Of a stretch of 43,313 nt of DNA, positions 37,634-43,313 are shown in pieces. A program made the position numbers and the translations under genes. How positions within the stretch are numbered: position 1 is the stretch's first letter; the number at the start of each line of letters is the position of its first letter. Origin of the DNA: Clostridia bacterium (lineage in GTDB: Bacteria; Bacillota; Peptococcia; Peptococcales; BICA1-8); NCBI GenBank assembly GCA_012720075.1, contig JAAXZE010000204.1, forward strand, positions 1 through 43,313, written 5' to 3'. The notes below the pieces were generated by a model that searched no databases, was not told where the DNA came from, and saw only the letters and a list, made by a program, of their open reading frames with translations.

Positions 37634-38854
37634 TTAATTTCCTCCCTCCAGCATACTGATAAGTTTTTTAGCCATTGCAACAGCAAATTGGGGGTCATTT
37701 ATATCGGTATCCATTTCTATTAATTCAACTTTATTTCTGTCAATTCCTTGACGCAATTCATTAAAGAGAGCTTTGTCCTCTTCGGGACCGTAAAAAGCCG
37801 CACCTTCTACGTCAATGGCCGATACTCCTTTCAAGGGTAAGAATAAAGCCGTCGGTCCTTGGGCAGCGTTGAGTTTACTGCAAATAATCTTGCCTAATTC
37901 TTTATTTTCTTCCACCGTTGTCCGCATCAAAGTGACAGTTGGATTGTGTTTATAAAGTTTTCTGTTTCTGAACTTTTCCGGGACAGTATCCATAGGCCCG
38001 AAATTTACCATGTCCAAAGCCCCTGTTGATACAACCTGGGGAATACCTTTTTTCCCCGCCGCTTCTAAGCGATGAGGTCCTGCGCTAAGGATGCCACCCA
38101 CCAGTTCATCACACCATTCGGTGATTGTAATATCCAAAACTCCCTTAATAAAGCCGGCTTCGATGAGACTTTCCATAGCCCGGCCACCCGTGCCTGTGGC
38201 ATGGAAAACCAGCACTTCATAACCATGTTCTTCAAGATATTCTCGGGCTTTGTTTACACAAGGAGTGGTCACTCCGAACATTGTAGCGGCAATCAAAGGC
38301 TTTTCCTCTTCTGCTTTTGGGGGTTCCCCTTTAGCCATACCGGCTATAGCAAAAGCAGCGTTAGCCAGGATCTGTCTGGATAAGCTGTTAATGCCGGAAA
38401 TGTCTACCACGGAATACATCATGGTTATGTCTTTGACCCCGACATAAGGACGGGTGTCGCCTGAGGCAACGGTACTAACCATGAGTTTAGGAACACCTAC
38501 CGGCAAAGCTTGCATAGCATGGGTACCGATAGTGGTCCCTGCCGTTCCTCCCAAGCTTATTATTCCCGCTATCTGTCCCTTTTGGTAAAGCTCCGTGACA
38601 ATTTTGGCCGCGCCCCTCATCATTACATCGATGGCTTCTCCCCGGTGATTTTTTGCTATCAATTCTTCCAAACTTACTCCACCGGCCAGGGCAACATCTT
38701 GGTTGGAAATATCAGGCTCAAAAAAAGGTTGGCCTTTGACCCCTGCGTTTATTACTATAGTCTGCATTCCGGTGCTTTCGATAATATCTTTGATATACTT
38801 GAATTCCTGGCCTTTGGTGTCTAAGGTACCTAAAATAACAACTTTCTTTTCCAT
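37634..38854 (-). CDS. Tm-1-like ATP-binding domain protein (UPF0261)
   Basis: [51 protein letters not shown]. Confidence 0.88.
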   Translation of the reverse strand: MEKKVVILGTLDTKGQEFKYIKDIIESTGMQTIVINAGVKGQPFFEPDISNQDVALAGGVSLEELIAKNHRGEAIDVMMRGAAKIVTELYQKGQIAGIISLGGTAGTTIGTHAMQALPVGVPKLMVSTVASGDTRPYVGVKDITMMYSVVDISGINSLSRQILANAAFAIAGMAKGEPPKAEEEKPLIAATMFGVTTPCVNKAREYLEEHGYEVLVFHATGTGGRAMESLIEAGFIKGVLDITITEWCDELVGGILSAGPHRLEAAGKKGIPQVVSTGALDMVNFGPMDTVPEKFRNRKLYKHNPTVTLMRTTVEENKELGKIICSKLNAAQGPTALFLPLKGVSAIDVEGAAFYGPEEDKALFNELRQGIDRNKVELIEMDTDINDPQFAVAMAKKLISMLEGGN

Positions 38855-38893
38855 AAACTCCCCCCTTGAAATAATTAGTTGCTAATATAACCT

Positions 38894-38920
38894 ATACTCC
38901 ATAAATTGGTAAAATCCTGT
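38894..38920 (-). promoter_or_regulatory. Possible sigma-H-type promoter for the Tm-1-like pair
   Basis: Minus strand ACAGGATTT-N11-GGAGTAT, one mismatch to GAAT. Confidence 0.35.
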
Positions 38921-39134
38921 TAAGCAACCAAAAATTATTTTAATTTTTTGAATTTGGAGAAAACCCTTCTCATTTTAGTCCCATTAATTTATGGAAAATC
39001 AATTTTGGTTATATGGGGTATACACGTTCAATATTTTACAATGCTCCGCTGATATACTAACCTATAAATAGAATTAATACTTCTAATTATCCTTACAAAA
39101 TTTTTATTATCGCCAAAGGAAGGGAGAAAGAAAC

Positions 39135-41189
39135 ATGATGAGAAAACCGCTTACCAATAAAGTATTGGTATTGGGCGTCGACGGTATGGATCCAAGAATT
39201 AGCCGTAAATATTTGGCTGAAGGCAAAATGCCTAACTTGCAGAAACTAATCAACCGCGGTGCTGCCAGAGAGGATTTGAGGTTGCTGGGCGCAATTCCCA
39301 CCATTACTCCTCCCTGCTGGACTACTCTTGCTACGGGAGCTTACCCAGGAACCCATGGTATAACTTGTTATTGGAGGCAATCTCCGGAAAGCCTTGATGC
39401 AGTTGTTTATAATATGGACTCCAGAAATTGTACTGCCGAGCAGGTATGGAATATTACTGCCGAAGCCGGTATTAAGACATTGGTTTGGCATTGGCCCGGA
39501 AGTTCCTGGCCCCCGACCTCTCAAAGCCCCAACCTGAATGTTGTTGACGGGACTCAACCCGGTTCTGTTAACATGGGTATCGCTCAGTTAGACTGGGAAA
39601 AAATTATTGTTGCCACTCCAGATATTAAAGAAGTCCGCTATGCTCCCAGGGTAGAAAAACCCGCCGGCGTTGGCTGCATCATAACTGATTTGGAAGATAC
39701 GTTAGACATAAAGGATGAAGTAGATGATGAAATGATGGAACTTTGGTGGGGCGATAAAGCACGCCAAGGCGGAGAAATTCGCACTTATGTAATGGATGAT
39801 GAAGATACGGAAGTTGTTATAGGAAGCAAGGTTGCTTATGACATAGTCAATTCTCCTTTAAGAGAAGCCACAGGCTGGGCTAATGCTCCCGAAGGGGCAA
39901 AAGAATTTACCATATTGACTTCCGGCGGAGTTATGAGACGGCCTGCTCTGATCCTGAAAAACGAAGCCGGCGAATATGACCGGGTTGCCATTTACAAGAA
40001 TAAGAAAGAAACCGAGCCTATGCTTGTTCTTAAAAAAGGCGAAATGGTAACAGGCATCATTGACGATGTGATTAAAAATGAAGTCACCAAAAAGGGATGC
40101 CGTTCAATGAAAATTTTAGAACTGGATCCCGCCGGTAACATAGTTAGACTTTGGATCAGCAATGCCCTTGACATTTCCAATGACCAACTATGGCATCCCA
40201 AAGAACTTTATAAAGAGATTGTGGAAAATGTTGGTCATGTGCCTCCTGTAAGCTTAATCGGTGGAGAAGATGACGAATTAGTTAGGGAAATTTTCGAACC
40301 CTCCTGGGCTTTATACAATAAGTGGCAAGCTGACTGCATGAATTATTTGATCAAAACAAAAGGGTACAGAGCAGTATTCTCCCATCTTCACAATATTGAC
40401 TGTGCCGGTCATCAATTATGGCATCTGGCCAAAACTCTGCCTGAATGGTCCCATACCGATGAAAAAACTTATCAAGGATTTATTGAGAAGTTCTACCTGC
40501 AAACCGATGACTATATAGGAGAATTCTTACATCTCTTAGACGAAGGTTGGACTATTTTACTGGTAAGCGACCATGGCCTTATTGTTGGGGAGAATGTGCC
40601 ACCTATATTGGGTGAATACGGCGGCTTAAATACCAAAGTTATGGAAGAACTGGGTTATACCGTTTTGAAAAAAGATGAAAACGGCAACACCTTAAGGGAA
40701 GTTGACTGGGAAAAGACCAGAGCTGTTCAAATCCGCAGCAACTATATCTACATCAACCTTAAAGGCCGAGACAAATACGGTATTGTAGATCCCAAAGATA
40801 AATATGAGCTGGAAGAGCAAATAATCAACGATTTATATAATTACCGTGATCACCGGACCGGCAGACGTGTAGTTGGTATTTGTCTCAGAAACAAGGATGC
40901 CATGCTGCTGGGTACCCATGGCCCCGAATGTGGAGATATTTTCTTCACCATTGAAGAAGGACACAATAGACTCCATGGCGACAGTCTTTCCACTTCCGAG
41001 GGATATTTTGACACATCGGTTTCACCCATTTTTGTGGCAGCAGGTCCTGGCATCAAGGAAGGATTTGTAACTGATCGGATTATCCGGCAAGTTGATGTTG
41101 CACCTACCGTTTCTGCCCTGCTGGGTATTCGTTATCCCGCTCAATGTGAAGGAGCGCCGGTATATCAGATCCTGACGGAAGATATTTGA
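39135..41189 (+). CDS. Alkaline phosphatase superfamily hydrolase (type I phosphodiesterase/NPP-like), cytoplasmic
   Basis: VLGVDG, PTITPPCWTTLATGAYPGTHGI (Thr nucleophile), DCAGH, VSDHG, DVAPT; no signal peptide. Confidence 0.87.
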   Translation: MMRKPLTNKVLVLGVDGMDPRISRKYLAEGKMPNLQKLINRGAAREDLRLLGAIPTITPPCWTTLATGAYPGTHGITCYWRQSPESLDAVVYNMDSRNCTAEQVWNITAEAGIKTLVWHWPGSSWPPTSQSPNLNVVDGTQPGSVNMGIAQLDWEKIIVATPDIKEVRYAPRVEKPAGVGCIITDLEDTLDIKDEVDDEMMELWWGDKARQGGEIRTYVMDDEDTEVVIGSKVAYDIVNSPLREATGWANAPEGAKEFTILTSGGVMRRPALILKNEAGEYDRVAIYKNKKETEPMLVLKKGEMVTGIIDDVIKNEVTKKGCRSMKILELDPAGNIVRLWISNALDISNDQLWHPKELYKEIVENVGHVPPVSLIGGEDDELVREIFEPSWALYNKWQADCMNYLIKTKGYRAVFSHLHNIDCAGHQLWHLAKTLPEWSHTDEKTYQGFIEKFYLQTDDYIGEFLHLLDEGWTILLVSDHGLIVGENVPPILGEYGGLNTKVMEELGYTVLKKDENGNTLREVDWEKTRAVQIRSNYIYINLKGRDKYGIVDPKDKYELEEQIINDLYNYRDHRTGRRVVGICLRNKDAMLLGTHGPECGDIFFTIEEGHNRLHGDSLSTSEGYFDTSVSPIFVAAGPGIKEGFVTDRIIRQVDVAPTVSALLGIRYPAQCEGAPVYQILTEDI

Positions 41190-41203
41190 TAAGTTGATAC
41201 CTG

Positions 41204-41241
41204 AGCAGCTATCAGGAAACAACCTCTGATAGCTGCTTTTT
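41204..41241 (+). terminator. Intrinsic terminator
   Basis: AGCAGCTATCAG / CTGATAGCTGCT + TTTT. Confidence 0.75.
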
Positions 41242-41300
41242 AAAACAAATAAGCTCTGAAAGGACAAGAATTTTATCAGTTGCTATAAGGAGTGAAGGAT

Positions 41301-41627
41301 ATGTCTTTGCAACAATTAGATACAAATCTTTTTGAGGAAATTATCTATGATAATGCCGAACCGTGCTTGGTAATCTTTTCGAGAAAAAATTGCCATGTTT
41401 GTAAAGAAGTCTTGCCCATGTTAGAGGAGCTAAAGCCCCGCTATGAAGGCAAATTTGGTTTTTATTATGTTGATGTAGAAGAAAGCAAAAACCTCTTTGA
41501 AAGGTTCTCTTTAAAAGGAGTGCCCCAAATTTTGTTTTTTAACCACGGTATGTATAAAGGAAAAGTTGCCGGCAAAGTGGATGAAGACCAAGTAGAAGAA
41601 AAAATTGCGGAAGTTCTTGGTGCATAA
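41301..41627 (+). CDS. Thioredoxin-family protein (CHVC)
   Basis: IFSRKNCHVC, YVDVEE, GVP cis-Pro; start ATG 41301 or GTG 41292. Confidence 0.87.
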   Translation: MSLQQLDTNLFEEIIYDNAEPCLVIFSRKNCHVCKEVLPMLEELKPRYEGKFGFYYVDVEESKNLFERFSLKGVPQILFFNHGMYKGKVAGKVDEDQVEEKIAEVLGA

Positions 41628-41654
41628 ATCAAGAGGTAGAGGGATGTGGATTAA

Positions 41655-42869
41655 ATGTCTAATATTAACGATTTGATCATTATTGGCGCCGGTCCTGCCG
41701 GACTTTCCGCTGCTATATACGGCGGCAGGGCTAAACTAAAAACTTTAGTAATCAATAAGGGGTCAATTGGCGGGTTGGTTGATACAACACGGGAAATCGT
41801 AAATTACCCCGGATATATTCAAATAAGCGGACCGGATCTCATGAAAGATTTTGAAAACCATGCCAAAAGTTTTGGCGTTGAGTTTCTTAAGGGGGAAGTA
41901 GTGAACGTAGATTTTTCCCGGGAAAATAAAATTTTTATAACCAAAAAAGGTGAGGAATTTATTGCCAAAGCGGTAATCATTGCTTCGGGAAGCGAGCCAA
42001 GGCAACTGAATATCCCGGGAGAAAAAAGATTGCGGGGAAGCGGAGTAGCCTATTGTGCTACCTGTGATGCCGAATTTTTTGAGGGGGAAGATGTTGTTGT
42101 TATCGGCAGCGGTGACCAGGCTATTGAAGAAGGCATGTATATTACCAAGTTCGCTAAAAAAGTAACGGTAATTGTTCTCCATGATGAAGGTATTCTCGAT
42201 TGTAACAAAGTGAGCGCTGAAAAAGCATTTAAAAATGAAAAGATGGAATTTGTTTGGAACTCAACCGTTGTAGAGGTCCTTGGTGACGAAAACGTAGATG
42301 GGGTACGGATTAAAAATCTGAAGACCGGTACCCTTTCGGAGCTGAAGTGCCAGGGTGTATTCTTCTTTGTCGGTATGGTTCCGTCTACCGGCTATCTGAA
42401 AGATAGCGGCATAAAGATGAATGAAAAAGGATATATACTTGTCAATGATCAGATGGAAACAAACATTCCGGGAGTATATGCCGTGGGAGATAATCGGGTT
42501 AAATATCTGCGGCAGGTGGTTACTGCCGCCAGTGACGGCGCGATTGCCGCAGTAGCTGCCGAAAGATATATTGAGGAAATCAATAGCTTTAACAGCAGTG
42601 TACTGCAAAGTGACAAAAAGGTTTTACTTTTGTTCTTTAACGCTTATCTTACTGAAAGTCTGGAATTCAGCTCTTTATTAGAAAAATTGAACGGTGAGAA
42701 GGGCAATGACTATAAGATTTTCAAAGTTGATTTGGCTTCCAAAAAATTCTTGGCTGAAAAATATGCGGTCAAAACGGCCCCCACAGTTGTTGTCCTAGAT
42801 CAAGGAAAAGAAATGATGCGTTTTGAAGGCCTGACGGAAAAAGAAAAATTAGAAGCCCGTTTTTATTGA
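41655..42869 (+). CDS. trxB: Thioredoxin reductase-like flavoprotein with C-terminal CxxC-less thioredoxin-fold extension
   Basis: IGAGPAG, NYPG, CATCD, TNIPGVYAVGD, QVVTAASDG; altered pyridine-nucleotide motifs. Confidence 0.85.
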   Translation: MSNINDLIIIGAGPAGLSAAIYGGRAKLKTLVINKGSIGGLVDTTREIVNYPGYIQISGPDLMKDFENHAKSFGVEFLKGEVVNVDFSRENKIFITKKGEEFIAKAVIIASGSEPRQLNIPGEKRLRGSGVAYCATCDAEFFEGEDVVVIGSGDQAIEEGMYITKFAKKVTVIVLHDEGILDCNKVSAEKAFKNEKMEFVWNSTVVEVLGDENVDGVRIKNLKTGTLSELKCQGVFFFVGMVPSTGYLKDSGIKMNEKGYILVNDQMETNIPGVYAVGDNRVKYLRQVVTAASDGAIAAVAAERYIEEINSFNSSVLQSDKKVLLLFFNAYLTESLEFSSLLEKLNGEKGNDYKIFKVDLASKKFLAEKYAVKTAPTVVVLDQGKEMMRFEGLTEKEKLEARFY

Positions 42870-42923
42870 ATTGATTCGGCATGTAAAGAAAGGTAATAAC
42901 CAACAGTTAGAGGAGCTGGTGCC

Positions 42924-43223
42924 ATGGAAAACATGAGCGGGGAAGCATTAGGCCTTGTTGAAACAAGAGGAATGGTTCCTGCCATACAAGCCGCAGACGT
43001 AATGTGCAAAACCGCCGATGTAGTGCTGGTTTCTTTTGAAAACATGGGTTCGGGGCTTGTCACAGTCATGGTTAGAGGTGATGTTCAGGCAGTCACATTG
43101 GCAGTGGAAAAAGGAGCTAAAGCTGCGGCTGCCATTGGTGAATTGACAGCTTGTCATGTCATGCCGCGGCCCGTCAGTCGGGTAGACAAAATAGTTGCAA
43201 AACATGATATTAATACGGATTAA
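42924..43223 (+). CDS. Bacterial microcompartment shell hexamer (BMC-H)
   Basis: ALGLVETRG, AADVMCKTADV, GSGLVTVMVRGDV, HVMPRP. Confidence 0.93.
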   Translation: MENMSGEALGLVETRGMVPAIQAADVMCKTADVVLVSFENMGSGLVTVMVRGDVQAVTLAVEKGAKAAAAIGELTACHVMPRPVSRVDKIVAKHDINTD

Positions 43224-43259
43224 CAGCTATGGTCCGGGAAAGGGGAATCCCCGTTTGCC

Positions 43260-43313
43260 ATGAGTGATGCTTTGGGGTTTATTGAAACATATAGCTTAGT
43301 ATCGGTTCTGGAA
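43260..43313 (+). CDS. Second BMC-domain protein, truncated by the window end
   Basis: Open to the edge: MSDALGFIETYSLVSVLE, matching the BMC N-terminal ALG.IET motif. Confidence 0.75.
   Translation, partial: MSDALGFIETYSLVSVLE

Noticed and set aside
42867-42896. Selenocysteine read-through of the TrxR TGA (would add U-IDSACKER)
   Set aside because: No redox motif context and no evident SECIS hairpin; the domain appears complete at the TGA.
1-43313. CRISPR array, tRNA or rRNA genes, integrase/transposase genes
   Set aside because: No regularly spaced repeat-spacer pattern, cloverleaf or rRNA-like sequence seen; no recombinase ORF.

Overview
AT-rich Clostridia-type (probably Peptococcaceae-like anaerobe) chromosomal segment. 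Left to right: (1) the right part of a ~330-bp non-coding, MITE-like fold-back element, with a full copy at 36447-36777; (2) a T-box-controlled minus-strand operon (PLP aminotransferase + YkvI-like permease); (3) a signalling island (dual-REC/LuxR regulator, GAF-PAS kinase, unannotated Spo0E-like peptide, RsbW/PP2C/STAS partner-switch set with HD-GYP, two chemoreceptors); (4) an Fe-S aldo/keto reductase; (5) a Moco-motif riboswitch, an AcoR-type sigma-54 activator, a sigma-54 promoter and a structured attenuator leader ahead of a 13-gene Mop-type molybdenum aldehyde oxidoreductase operon of the DVU_1551-1560 neighbourhood type, which includes an unannotated 4xCxxC mini-protein; (6) a pentaheme lipoprotein cytochrome paired with a heme-c chemoreceptor; (7) a second Moco-motif riboswitch in front of a cofactor-independent NAD(P)+ aldehyde dehydrogenase; (8) a Tm-1-like gene pair; (9) the start of a microcompartment locus (NPP-type hydrolase, thioredoxin, atypical thioredoxin reductase, two BMC-H shell genes). 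The most notable signal is an apparent RNA-based metal-cofactor circuit. Two P3-less (tungsten-cofactor-type) Moco-motif RNAs with OFF-switch platforms gate two alternative aldehyde-oxidising routes, and a third unexplained leader RNA sits directly before the Mo operon. All calls come from reading motifs by eye and family names are from recall; no database searches were run.
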